Shown here: positions 23,813 through 37,049 of the stretch, piece after piece
How positions within the stretch are numbered: position 1 is the stretch's first letter
How the letters are laid out: the number at the start of each line of letters is the position of its first letter
Assembly (NCBI GenBank): GCA_036172245.1
Contig: JAYWIR010000005.1
Span: 5,022,001-5,086,000 of the forward strand
DNA: 64,000 bases
Direction: 5' to 3'
DNA from: Raillietiella orientalis
Taxonomy: Eukaryota
Program-made: the position numbers and the translations under genes
The notes under the pieces: model-generated
Databases searched by the model: none
The model's input: only the letters and a program-made list of their open reading frames with translations
Told to the model about the DNA's origin: nothing

Positions 23813-25771
23813 GTGAGTTCGGTGAGCACACCTCCCCCCCTCCCTGCTTGCGAGCAGTATCGTGGCGGAAGTGGGTGGCGGGGAATCGCGCAGCTCCTGA
23901 GGCTGCCGTCCTGGAAGAAGAGAATCCGCCTCCAGCGAATGCGAATCCGTCGGGAGCAGACCGGACGGGTTGCGGGAACCGCGTCTGAAACGTGCTCGAC
24001 TGATGAGACTGCTCCGTCCTCTCCCCGCTTCCTTCTTCCCTTTCCGAACGTGCGAGTGCTTGTGACTCTTCCCTCAAGAAACGAGGCGACAGTCGTTCTC
24101 TCCGAGTGAATCCCCCGGAAAGAACGAGGGACTTTGGCTGCGGTGGAGGCGTAAATGGCTCCTCGTCCGGGAAGACGATTCGAGATTTGTTTCCTGCAGC
24201 ATCACCGCATGAGGAAACCGTCCGCATCATCAGTCATGAAAATGATCCCATTCGTGAGGATTAGCATTTAGCTGGAATCCTAAATAAGCATTTCGTATTT
24301 TGCAGATGCCCAAACAACGCCTCCGCGAACGTTAAGCACCCTGCGTACCTAAACATTAAATTATACAACGAATTTGACTGGCTCTTAGAGTTTTCTGTAT
24401 TTCAAGCGGATTGCATTTTGAGTGTGCTTTGAATCTAATTGAGCGGAGCGAGCCACTTGGAATCGTCTCTCTTTCGGAGGTTCCCTCTACGTTTCTCTGT
24501 AGAGCCAGACTCGAAGTGGGCCGGTGTTTGAAGTGGCTCAGAGTACATTAAATTCAGTCCGGCTTCTTCCGAGTTCAGGGAGTGACTCTTGAATCCTTCT
24601 TGCCTTTTTTTCGGTTCTTCCTTTCTTTTTTCCAAGAGCGTTGCATGCGAGGAAGTCCTGCGTGGTGAGGATTCACCAAATAAAATAACCAATGCGCTCG
24701 AAAGTTGGCTCTGCCTCCTTCCTACGGCAGAGAGCAGAGAGCGCCAGAAAGCTCGGGCCGGTGGGCGCACTCGAACGCCTAGACGCTGAGCCCAATTTCT
24801 GGTCTCTTATCGTCCCAAATTAAGCATGTCCCCCCCCCCCCGTCTTCAGTTTTCAAGCTGAACCCAGGCTCGATACTAACGTAAAAAATAAAAATAAGAG
24901 GAATTCGTTTTATTGGATCAGTTGATCTTCAGAAAAAATTTGAGATGCAGCTGAGGATGCTTCCTAGCAGGGAAAAAAAAAAAAAACCCGCTTCCCTAGT
25001 TTCTTTCCTACCAAAGTTAATGAACGCATTCTTGGCATACGTAATGCCACCATTAAAAAAGAAAGAAAAATAGAAAACTCTGAAAAGTAGAATTTGTAAA
25101 GTGAGCGCTTTGTAGCGATCCTCTCGAGCTCTCATAGTTGGAATGCTTCTTGCGAAGCAGAAATCCTGTGAGCAGTCAAATACTGCAAAAAGGCACGTGG
25201 TGGTGGAGTGGATTCGCGTGGTATAATGGTGGTTGCTCTTCCTTGATCGCAACGGTCGTTTCGTCTCGAAAATCAACCCTCGCCGACCTCGACACCCCCA
25301 ACATCCATGCCAACGCGCAGCTAATCTGCGTCGCTAATCTACAGTGCACAAAATGAAAGAATGTTCTGGTACACAAAAACTGTACTGTTGAAACTGCTGC
25401 CGGAGGATAGGAAATAACTCACCCTACCAACAATTCTTTCCCTTCCCGAAAAGCACTGTTCCTCTCTCACAAGGCCCAATACCTAACGAAACGCCAGCCG
25501 CCAACACAGAGATGCAACACCGCATGCATCCCGGAATGGTCGCTACACCCAGTAGAAACAACGCGGACGAATTTTAGCCGGCACTCTCCGCGCGCTCCGG
25601 ATCAACGATCAAGTCTCGTGCCGTCTTTCTGCTCAGTTGTGGATTCTTCGGATGACTGCCACGGAAACGGCAACTGATCTCTTCTTGACCGGTCTTGATC
25701 TTGATCTTTCCTTGGCTACTGAACTTTTCGATTGATCTGAATCTCGGTCGCTGAGGCGACGCCACTGATGT

Positions 25772-26480
25772 GCTCGCTTTGGAAATCGCGTGGCTACGCC
25801 CTCCGCGCTAGGTACCGAACGTTGCAGGTTCGAATCCTCTCGTGGACGATCGACGCCGAGACGTAGGGGAGCACATCGTGGGTTTGGATTCCCCCCCACC
25901 CCCACTCTTGCAGATGACGGGTCCGGCACTAGTGGAAGCAGGAAACCATATGCCCCCGTTGACTGGTTGGGATCGGGAGTTGTCCCTCCGTGGTCCTTCC
26001 AGGAATCAAAGATTCGGTTCCCTTCTAAGTTCTCCTCCGGTTGTGCAGATGGAACTATCTCCCCCCTCTCTCTCTTGGGTGGCCCTCCATCTGGAACCAT
26101 GGAACTGGTGGATTGACACCTCTCCAGAGTTTCAAAAAGCACTCTGCTCCCTTCTGGGAGCGACTCTTCAGAGAAATTGGGAAGCGTCCCTTTAGGGTTA
26201 GCTTCAGGAGGAGGAAACAGGGAGCGGTTTCCTTGAGGGTTCCCTTAGGGGAAGAAATTCGGAAGCGGATCCTTTCCGAATTCCCTCCGGGAGAAGGAAT
26301 GAGAAGAATCAGAAGCACAAACCGGAGAATTCCCACCAGAGAGAATGCAGAAGGGATTGCCTTCGGGGGTTCCTCCCAAGCGTGAGAGGAACGACTCCGG
26401 AGCCTTTCTGGTTTCATAGGGGTATCTCCTCTCAACTGGAAGAGTTACACGCACCTGGCATGGACAGCGTCAAAGAGCTT
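25772..26480 (+). mobile_element. tRNA-headed SINE-like element, divergent copy D
   Basis: B box GGTTCGAATCC; shared blocks GGCACT..TGCCCCCG, GTCCTTCCAGGAATC, GGAAGCGTCCCTT, GGAGCGG hairpin units and GCGTGAGAGGA. Confidence 0.75.
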
Positions 26481-27279
26481 CATGAGCCTCCCTCCTTCCC
26501 TTCCCCCCGAGGAGGCGAGCGGTTCTTGAGCACTCCTTGTGACCCCCTCTCCCTTCCAAAAAAAAAGAAAAGTCCGTCTTCGCGCACTCCTGAACCAAGC
26601 GGGAGGACTGGGAACCTTCGCGCTCCCACCGGGACCAAACTCCACGCGAATGCTTCACCGAGACTCACAACCATCTCTCCGTGACCCCCCCGCGTGGGAG
26701 CGGTGGAATGGTTGGACCCGAAACAATGAGGGCTCGGATTTCTGAAAGATTACGTGTCCTCAGCATCCTTCAAACTGATAATTACGAGGATAAAAATTGT
26801 TGGCGCGTTTCGTCGTTAGGGTAAGGAATCTCTCGCAGCTTCTCCCGATTCTTCTTCGTCACCAGAGCAGCCCTGGCATCTCGTGTGAGCCGCGGTTTCC
26901 CCCTCAGTCGCTGCTCAGCAGCTCCCGGAGAGTGTGAATGCTCTTCTTTCTAAAAGGACGGCCACAGTGCTGTTGCTCAGCATTCTCCTCTTTACAGGTC
27001 CCCCTTCACGCAATGAACTGTCGGACAGTGAGGTACCGCCTTCTCCACAAGAGGAGTGACGAAAGAATTCCGATTCCTGTTTTTTATATATTTCTACTGG
27101 CAAGAATTAGTTGCCGCAAATATTGTTGATATTTCAGAAGCCTGTTGAATTTTCTTATTTTACCCATTTTTACCATTGTTAATCTAATATTAAAATACAA
27201 GTATTTATTCAGAATCGATATGGCTGTAGAATACTCTGTGTAAAGGCGAGCACACGAAAGAGGGGAGGGAAAGGCGGGG

Positions 27280-28900
27280 AGGAGCCTCGAAGGATCCTCG
27301 GCCCCTCTGCAACTTTCGACGTTCTTCCCGGGCTGCTGCTCCGCTCAGCTATCGACTTCGGTCAGCTTCCCTGACAACCGGCAACCGCAGATGCAAACGA
27401 GGGAACCAGAGTACTGCATGTCACACAGGATGCAGCGTACAAGCAGGAGGACGCAAAACACGTACCGTAAGCGGACACGAAACGAGATGCGTCCGAAACG
27501 AGGGACATCGGCTGCAGCAACTTAATGCGTGCTGAAAGGCTTGCACAGAAAATTGCCATTTCTGAGGGGCCGTGCACGTGGTTTGCACGAGGTCGGGAAA
27601 TTTGATGTCCTTCTGGAAGGCAGCTGGGGTTTACGTTGCAGCTTCTCTTTCTGCAGCCGCTCCGGCAGATCTCTTTGCATCCGTGCCGAAGCCCACGGGC
27701 CCTACAACTGTGACCTGAAACTCTGCATTTCGAAATGCCTTTCTGCGCGTTTTCCCGGTCGCTCTTCTTTATGCTTGTCATTTTGTTTTGGAAGAAGCTC
27801 TCCACAAGAAGCTGATCAGGTGTTTTTTTTTTTCTCAACGAATCCCACGATCCACTGTTGGATCCCCACGCAGAGTGATTTCAGAGACTGAGTAAATCTC
27901 CACGCAACGCAGCATGCTGCGCTCAGAGTGGATCAGCCGATCGAGGAATGGCCACCTCGCGTCCTCTGCCTCACGGCGGGCTGAGATGCAAGCTGAGGGT
28001 GGACGCGCGCCTGCACCGGGCTTTAAGAGTCAGCTCCAACCCTCATCCAAATCTCGAGATCACGTTCTTGTCCGAAGCTTCCAGCTCATGGCACTTCTTT
28101 CGGATCCTAGCTCAGAAAGATATTATTCTATGCTTTCATCGGCAGCCCAGCAGCTGCTCGGCTTTCAGCACTTTTCAGACAATCTTACAGGGACGTGATG
28201 GAGATAATCTTTGGAAGAGTCATCTTCGGAGACACTAGTGTTTTCACCATGAGACAGTGAAACGAGGTCATCTTGGTCTCGGAATTTCAGTCGCTCTGTG
28301 AATTCGCAAATTCCAGATCTCTCAGTTCATCAGAAAGCAGTGCTTGGAATCGGAAATGCCACAATTTCAGATCCAATCTGCTTAACGCCCCAAATCAAAG
28401 TCCTCCACATCTCCACCTCTCTCGAAATCCAGATGTTGGATTGTTCCTTAGTCTGCTGTCTTAACATTTCGATTGGAATCTCACGTTCCGTTTTTCTTTA
28501 TCTGTTTGTTACGCACAGGAGCAGAAAAAGATGGAAAGTGCCTTGTCCCACTCTCCCAACCCTTCTCCAGAACATTCTTTAGTTGAGAATAGTACTGGAG
28601 CTTCTTTTCCCAGTCTGCAGAGAGGTCTTCGGCTGCTGTGAACTAGAGTGGAACTGCAGTAGAGGGGTTGCGATTTTTATTTTTTTTTGCAGCTAAGGGA
28701 TAATCTTGCTGGTGTTTGTGTCTCAATCAACGCACCAGTCATCTCTTCCTAACCTGGTTCATCCGACGCTCTAAAATCCACTGATGGTGGTGTTTTGCTG
28801 CTGTCTTTTAGCCATCTATTCTTCTGCAAAAAATAGCAGGTAGCTGGGAATTCATCTTTTTCCTCCTTCCAAGGTCTCGTTTACTGCTACTTGCCATGAT
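27280..28900 (-). mobile_element. Decayed RTE-like LINE (RT to C-terminus)
   Basis: Minus strand: GVKQIG (GVKQG), LRDLEFANS (L.DLDFADD, RTE-type), LRHGCKE (LLYGCE). Confidence 0.5.
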
Positions 28901-31499
28901 CAGAAATCTTGCGACACTCGGTCAGCCTCCCTTGCCATTTGCTACGGAAAAGTGGGGCGAGTGAGTCCCTCAGCCCGATTCAAAAATACGGACCACCTTT
29001 TGCTCATCGTGGGGTACAGCCAACCACATGAAGAATGGCATTTGCTTTTGCTCTGATCTGGAGACTGCGTTTTGGTTCCAGTACCTGGAGACGTGATCTG
29101 TGACGCGATTTTTGCCCTCGTCCTCGTTTACGACGACTTCTTAATTAGCAAATGATGCTTTCCTTGATCAGAATCCGTTACTTTGGGTTTACTTGGACAG
29201 AAAACGCTGGAATTTGGCCCGTTGTCTGGGCCTTTTTGCCGAAAAGCTATATTAAGGAAAAATCCCACGCAGAAAAAAATCCTTCCGATGGAAAAGCTTG
29301 AATGACTGAAGGATTGACTGGAGCCATAAATTTGGAATCTCTGGAGTGGAAAACGTACGTTAGCGTTACGCTTGATCGACCCGGCATCAAAGATCACGAA
29401 CTTCCGGCAGTGCTGTGTTATAATATGCTCGTTGAAGTGCTTGCAGAATTCGATCATAAATTACTATTAACTCTCGTCGTTACTTCATTCGATTCCTCAT
29501 GGTGCGAACTCGTTATAACTTTCCATTTCCATCTTCTGCTGCTTCAAAATCACGCACTGTGGGGTCTTTTGTTGAGGAAGGGGCAGGGCCGTGCAGAAAA
29601 GGAAAAAAATAACAAAAAAAAAATGAGCCATTTTGGGAATCCAAGGTTGCGAAACCTATTTGTTTGGAAATCGAAGTTGACATGGGATATCGATCTTAAA
29701 AGGACAATTTCCATGTCGTGTTTAGGGATCTCATTTCAGAAAGTGCTTCGGTTACATAACTATTTCATCTGTGTAAACGTCTCTTTCTGAAAAATTGTGC
29801 ACATGGATTTGAAGCGTGTTTAATCAAGTTCAGTGAATTTAGAATCATGTGTTATTGCACCTTGAGGGACTATAAAACAGCTTCATGCTTCCATCCTTAA
29901 TCAGGAACACGCTCCTTCGCAAGAGAAACGAAAATCCCATTTCTCTCAACGCATACAGAAAAATGATCCAAATGATAACACATGATCCAGAAGGTGACAC
30001 ACAGTATCCTGTAGGTCATTTTCGTAACCTAGCAACAGATGAGTCAAAATGTGTAGATAATAAATAGCGTGTGGATCTAAAAGTTGCTCAGCAGAATCTC
30101 TCATCCCCTTACACGTCCTCAATCTGTTATTTTATGACTATTATTTTGCTTTGAAATTCAATCCATCTTTTTTATGACTTTGATTGCTATAAGAGCAGTC
30201 ACTTGACCTTTCTGTCATTTCTTCCTCCAATGCGTAGCGGTAAATAGAGCATACCTTCAATATTACGGATCAGATATTTATTTATTTTTGTCCTGCATCA
30301 TGATAGAAATCTTTATGTGGATAAGTGGAGTGGCAATTTGTATTCCTTGCAATTCGCTTGCATTGCTCTACAGTTCCATCTTTCCGTAATTCTCATCTTT
30401 ACTCTCCGAAAACACCATAAAAGGATGCCCAGGAACCATTCTTACGCACTCACTGAATTGCCTACACAATTGCAATGAAATCTCAATAGTCATTGATCAT
30501 GCATCCAATGAAGAATTTTTAGCTCACTCTTTAAATGGAACGATGCGGAGCTGTCTGGAAGCTGGAAGATCCGATCCTCGTTCCAGGAAGTATCTTTCGA
30601 AATCACTAAGTGAGCAGCGACCGAATGGATCCCGACTCGCTTCATCAGATCGTCTTCATCTTGGTGATATGGTGAGTGTCGCCCAGGGCAATATTCGGAA
30701 TGCACCTGATCTTCAGCTGCCTCCACCATCATGCAAAAATGAAAGCATATCTCGGTAAATCCTGAAATCAGATTTCAAATTTGATTCATTCATAACTCCC
30801 AATAGACAAAATCTACGTCTACTTTCCACAGACAATCATCTATTACTACCCTATAACCACCATAGTTCGCATAATGCGAAATGAGTTCAAACTTCGACCC
30901 CTACGATCAGCTAGGCCAGAGTGAACCCCACTTGGCAATGACTTTCGTGGAAAATCCACCAAACATCATTCGTCTTCGGGCTTGTTGTTACTCATCAACA
31001 GCATGAATCGTTCCGTGCTCCCTAGCATTTTATCCTTCGTGAAATGAGGATTTCGCTTCCGGCGATGATCTGAAGCCGTGAAACAAAAAAAAAAGACGAG
31101 AAGTCGGAAATGCAAAGCATTTCTTTGGTACCCTTGAAAACTCTTGAATCAGAAAGAAGTTCAGTGTAAAAAGTTCGAGGAAAAATGAGTCGGATAGATC
31201 ATTTTTATTTCTTTGGTACAGTGGAGGGACGAGCCCGCATTCGTGCTTTCCATCTGTCCTCGATGGAAAATGTCCCAGCTGTGTTTCAATTTTACGAACG
31301 AAGCTGCAACTGGTAATGCTCTTTTCTTAACTTTCCCAAGAGCCGGAGCATGCATCTTCGGGTATGTGGCGCGGTCTCAGAGGAATCAGATGCACCCCGC
31401 GACAGAAACGCAAGCATCTGAGGATAAGCCGAAATCAGACGATTTGCCGCTGTAGGCACCTCGATTCCATGACAGCCAGTGCAGGATGCAGGTTGCCCC

Positions 31500-33200
31500 T
31501 GGAATAGGGTGACGTTTTCCTAAATGGAAGTAAGGCTACCGTGAACGATTTGCCGTACCCGCCCACCCACGAAATGTGTTGGGGCACAGGGTCTTCTGAT
31601 TTGCGAACCTCCGCAAAGGTGACGTGGTGGTCACATTTCCGTCATGAAACTCGAGTGCACTCTACTGCAGGAAGGTTATCAGAACGAACTTCCAAAAAGC
31701 AAGCCTAAGGGGGAGTCAACGTTTCCTCCTCGAAAGAGATCCGTTGCTTCCATGGAATCGCTGCTCGGTTGCATTGCACATAGCCCGCACGCATTTCTTC
31801 TTTGTAAGTTGTGATTGAAGTGTGCACGGAGCAACCCGTGTGTGCTGAAAGAATATGCAAAAATCATCTCGTGAAGTTTCCTGGTACAGAAAGCTCACGG
31901 CGATGTTCGTTTCCTCCGGCAGCTTTTTCCACAACGAAAAAGGCCAATCCCTCCGTCGAAGGTTTTGTGCTGCCAAAACTTTGAGGGATCCTTTGAAGGA
32001 AAGTTTGCGTTCCTTTCCACGTGTGGAGTGCGCAACTTGGTTGATGCAACCATGGAGGACATCCCTTGAGCTCCTTATGGGAATTCCTACCAGTCCGTAG
32101 TCTCTTATGTTCGGGAAACAGCAACTTTTAGAGAGATCTTTCCAAACATTCATCAAGCTATGAGAAAATGGCAAGGCAACTCTTGCGATGAAAGGACGTC
32201 TAGTTGCTCAGACATCTTCCTCTCACAGCGGAGCAGGTGGAAACTGGCTTGAAAGTGCTGCAGAGACCCAACTCACAGCTACAAGCACAGTGTGACCTCG
32301 AAATAGTCTTCTAAAAGTGCCGAGCCATCTCATGCTCAGATAATTCTAATTCTAGTTAAAATAATCATGATTCTTCTTAAAGCTCAGTAATTGCTTGGAT
32401 TGTCAGATTATGCAACACAATTAGCATTTTTGTCTCTAGGAAGCAGTAACCTTATGAACAAGGAGTGAATGAGTAAACCGTTTGGAAATCCTCTGAACCC
32501 AAAATTTCCGACTCGTAGAATTCCGAGTCTGGAATTCTTGGTCACGAAAAGCCTGTGGTTTCATGTGGCACACTGCATCCAGATTCAATGTTATAGGCGT
32601 TGTGACCAGCTAGAGCAGGTGTTAAGTTGAAGACGTGAAGTAAACTTATTCAGTGGTCTCATGGAACCTGGGATCGTTCTGGGAGTAAACGGAAACTGAC
32701 AAGATGGCTGCTTTGGAATGAGTGCTCTACTATGAAAATTACTTCTTAATTGGACATGCTGGACGGTTGTCTGCCATCTTTTGCTGCTAAGAATGCATGA
32801 ACCACAAAATTTTGCAGCTAGGTTCGGGCAACTAGAAAGGCTCTTCGTGACTCCAGAATGATGGGAACCTTATTGTGAAAACCCAGCAAATCCCACCGGG
32901 AAAAATTCCCGACGAGACGATTCCTGAAATCTGATTTTTCAAAATTGCAGCAGGACTCGTGCATTTCCCAAGCACTGGAGCGCTGCATTACAAACGTCCT
33001 CTTGAAAGAAAAATGGCATTCGAAGAACTTTCTGGGCATAACGAATGGGGGACGTTCTACAAACCAAGATTTGTAGTTGCCCAAGACTTGTGATCCATTT
33101 CTTTTTTCTTTTTTTTTCCTTCATGTGAGCTCAGAAAAGAATAGGGAAGGTGCTGCTTGCATCGTGAAAGTATGTTTTCGGAATCCCTTAACATCTGCCA
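31500..33200 (+). mobile_element. Decayed RLE-type non-LTR retrotransposon (RT, CCHC, RLE remnants)
   Basis: Plus-strand remnants in order: RDPLLP (GDPLSP), AHGDV (AYADD), LDMLDGCLP (HIL.GC), FLKSDF (KPDL). Confidence 0.4.
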
Positions 33201-34080
33201 AGTGTCCTTTATTAAATAATGTTTCAAGTAACCATCTTGTCTGCGTACCTTGGCAAGGACCAGCGAATGAAACCACGCTTATAGATTTCTAACTACGGTT
33301 CTGAGCGCTGGCAAAGTTCTTCTCGCTCTCTTCACTCTGCCCGGAGATGGTTCAAGGCTGCCAAGTACGTGCTCATGGTAGACACCTTTCAGAAATCTTC
33401 GCTTCTCGAAACAAAAGGCTTCGATGTAATTAGTTAATTTGGCAATACTGTTTCGTCCGGGATTTTTAACGAATCGCAGCTCCTTGGCTTTGGTTATGGC
33501 GTGAGATCAGGTGCGAACGTGTTGAGGCTCAAAGCTTTAGTCGTTGTCCTGCCTATTCTTGAACATTACTGACCTGAATCCCGAAAAGAAAAAAAAAAAG
33601 CTGATTTTCGGGACTCAGCACAGAGATTTCCTTTTTACTCCTGGCTTCTGGAATTCTCAATGTGCACACTTCATTTCGATCCCAAAGTTTCCCCTGCAGA
33701 CATCCTTGAGTGTTAAGACATACGGTTTCCATGGTTGCTGTCATTCTGATTTTAGAATTAAATCGGGGCCATTGAGAACATCACCTGTGGTGGACTCAGG
33801 TAAATTCCAGGAATGTGAAGGGAAACAGATGATGACGGCTCCAGAATAATGGCAACAAAATTAACAGGGAAATGAAAACTTGGAACTGTCCACTCGGGAA
33901 GCGGATAAAAAGGAAATCTCCGGTCACGAACCATACGATTAGCATGGATAGGAGCGCAATCAACAGTATGAAAAGGATTCACGGAGAAAACGATCTCTGT
34001 CTTAAGAAGAAAAGCTACATATTCAGTTCATGATCTCCGGGATCCAGTTGCTGGCCAGATCTCGCTGCTGGTCAGGGGAA

Positions 34081-34414
34081 TTAGCTGTTGCACCGCATTC
34101 CTAGTGTTTTCGTTTGCCCATTCCAAAACAAATTGCGTTTCGCCCAAAGGCCTTTCTTCAGAGGTCCATTAGCACACATCCCACTGGCTGCGCTTCTCGT
34201 TCTCATCCAGCCAGGGCATTTTTCCCACCTAAAGATCGAAAACGCCGCAGCGAGCTTTTGCGCGATTCTTCTTGGAGGCCGAGTCCGTTCAACACGGCCA
34301 AAAGTTAAAGGGGCCCCTGGAAGTTCACGTCCAGAAACACAACGGCCCGCAATCAATATTTGCTCCGGAAGAAGGCAACGAACTCGTGCACAGTGCTTGA
34401 ACACGTGCCTGCTA
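34081..34414 (-). CDS. Candidate last coding exon of an unrecognised prohormone-like protein
   Basis: Acceptor gtgtccctcccgCAG TAG CAG; phase 2 matches the upstream exon. Encodes (SS)RHVFKHCARVRCLLPEQILIAGRCVSG...; the 3' end is uncertain. Confidence 0.4.
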
Positions 34415-34675
34415 CTGCGGGAGGGACACGAACGCATGTCAGGAAGGTAATTACATGCATTCATAATTCAGAGCTAAACTCACGTGAGGACTGTTACGAG
34501 ATTTGAGATGCGCTTTTCACGGGCATCAGTTCCTCTGCAAACATCGATACGAATCTGCCTAATGAAATGTCACGGGAATATCCTTTCCCTCCCTCCCCCC
34601 TTTTTTTGTTGCCTCGAACAGGTGTCTGCGGATGGTGTCCAGACACGGTGGCATCCCGGCAGGCGACTGACTGAC

Positions 34676-34889
34676 CTAAACCTCAACAGGGAAGACAGCA
34701 CATCTCCGTTAAGTGGCGATCCATCTGCAGACACATCCATCGGACGAACCATCCTTTTGGTGGAGTCACGCGTGACCAGAGGGTGCAGGCGCTGGCGTCT
34801 CACTAAGCTGGAATACTCCTCACGCTCTTTCTGATGCTTCTGCGGGTGCTGCTCTGGAGCCTCAATCCCACTTCTGTTCTTCAAGTACC
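34676..34889 (-). CDS. Candidate internal exon of an unrecognised prohormone-like protein
   Basis: Acceptor ctccttcacctcttttctcag|, donor ag|gtcagt. Encodes (R)YLKNRSGIEAPEQ...YSSLVRRQRLHPLVTRDSTKRMVRPMDVSADGSPLNGDVLSSLLRF. Confidence 0.5.
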
Positions 34890-35182
34890 CTGAGAAAAGA
34901 GGTGAAGGAGGAGCATTCCATTTCTTCGTTCTCTTTCAGTGTGCATGGAAGTTCACGAACCTTCTGTCTCCTTTCCGTCTCAGCTGGCATCGCATCTCAG
35001 CAGGAGCAGCATTTATCAGATGAGCTGACAAGGATGAAACTTTGATTTGCAGGGGGCGCTCCCCGTTCCAGAAAGCGAGCCTGGCAGGAAGATGAGTCTC
35101 CTCGCGCACTCCACTCAAGAGCTGAGAGCGAGAACCGCGGGCGGAACACGGGAGGGTTCGAGCATTTTCCAGGTGCAATTAC

Positions 35183-35251
35183 GCTTAACAGTCGAAGAAG
35201 TGGTCCGTCGCCGAGTGGACTCATTACTGTCAACCCTTGGTGCTCGAGGGC
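35183..35251 (-). CDS. Candidate 69-nt internal exon of the same gene
   Basis: Acceptor atttattcttcag|, donor c|gtaatt. Phase 1-1; encodes PRAPRVDSNESTRRRTTSSTVK and splices in frame to 34889. Confidence 0.4.
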
Positions 35252-37049
35252 CTGAAGAATAAATCAGAATCATCAACAGAAGATCAAGTGGGCGACGAGT
35301 GGAGGATGCTCATGGCTGCCCGAGCCCACAGTAAGCTGACGAGATTGCCAGATAGAAAGATGAGGTGGCTCCATCAGAGTTGCCGGATCCCATCTTGGAA
35401 TCGCCAGATTAATAAAAGCAACGGAGAAAAGAAATAGATCGTGGTGATGTGCCGGGTCATCCTGAAACGAAAAATCCAGCTTGGACCCGCACCAGGATTC
35501 GGTGTCAGCGGCCTGACGCCACCAAAGGGCTTCCCGTTTTGTCTTCCTCGGGCACCGCTGCTAGATGAAGGCGGTCGCCACCAGAAAGATGTGGGGACCC
35601 TGGTAGATCTCAGTAATTCTGAACGCCATCTCCTGCATTCTGGGTGTTTCGAATTTTCGGAAGCACTCACTCCACCGCTCGAGCGTTGGGGAACGGAGCT
35701 GCAGCACGCGCGCTTCGCCAGTGGCTGCTGCTACGCGGGCAGGAAACTCTCCGCGCTCGTCGCTTTGGAAACGACGGTCGTTTCCAAAAGTTGGGACTCT
35801 TTTTTTTTTGGTCTCTACCTGACTCGCGTCCGAATGAATCTCCGTCTCCCAGCTGCACGAGATGGACGCGGAAGCCAACTTTTATCTTCCTCGCCCTTTC
35901 ATTCCCCGAGAAGGGATCGTCTTTTGTTTCTAGCACTTCTGGTTTCCCTCCAGCGAACATCCAGATTTCGTTTCCCGCTCGAAAAGTGCATATGTGACCG
36001 ACCTCGCTTATCGATCGCATCTGCTTTTCGCATCTCATCTAGCAGAGCTCCTTCCCGCCTTCATCGCGGACAGCTCGAGGAAAACAAAAGGGGGAGGGGA
36101 GGAAAGCAGGGGAACTGCACGGATACTCCAAGGAGGACTTGGAGTCATCTCCGTCGCCGTAATAAGAGGACCGTAGAAAACGTCGAAGAGTCAGATTTCA
36201 GAACGAGTTTCTCTCTTCCCGAAGCGAAAAAAGGGGAGACTTTTGCAATTATTGGGATGGGATCGTCGGGAAAAAGTCCTCCTACAGGAGGCACAGAGAT
36301 CAGTTTTTAGTAAGTCTTGAAGAATTCGCAGATGCATTTTAAACGGGTGCAAATGATTGGATCGCTGACAGCGGAAGGCTTCCAGGTTTCTTCCAGGGCT
36401 GTTCGAGCATCTTTGGGAAGTGAAGATGTGAACAATAGTGTCAGTTATCCGAGATTAAAGGATCATTCTCTTCTTGGATGCTGAGTTCGAAAATATTGGT
36501 TTCTTGGGAACGAAGGGAAAACGGGAAAGGCAAAGGGGATCTATCCGAGGCGAGCCGTCGAAGCATCTTCCTGAGTTAAACATCCATCCTTGTGTCGTTT
36601 TCTTCACAGGAAACGAAAAGCATGCGAAGCAGCTTGACGGATCGCGCCCGGATCGCTCGGATGCATCCGCATTTAAAAATCTCGATCTCGTTGTCTGAGA
36701 ACCGAAGATGGGTTTCCGATCTCGTGCACGATCAGCTCGCAAACCCAATAGTGGGAGAGGGGGAGGAAACTGCTCCAACAGTACTCGTGCACTGAGCTGA
36801 TGGGGAGTTTTGCTTTCTTTTTTTTTTTTGACGGGAGGGAGGGGGGGAAGGAGAGGGGAGGAACACAAACTGCCGCATCCCCGGTTTCGGGAAAACGCAT
36901 TAGCTCCCATCACACGACGACCGTAGCATCCTATCATCCGAGGAGCCGATTGCCATTAACATGAGGGAGCAGCGCTGCGCACAGAACCGACGGTTGCTTG
37001 GCAGCACGAATGTCTCAGGGTTCATCCGGGCTGCCTCCTTGCGCTCCGT

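Noticed and set aside
35441..36310. Longest ORF in the track (289 aa, + strand)
   Set aside because: No recognisable domain, composition looks non-coding, and it crosses a poly-T tract; probably a chance ORF.
36890..36985. HDV-like ribozyme on the - strand (CTCCTCGG ... GCTAAT)
   Set aside because: P3 and P1 pairings cannot be formed; more likely a simple hairpin in a retroelement 3' UTR.
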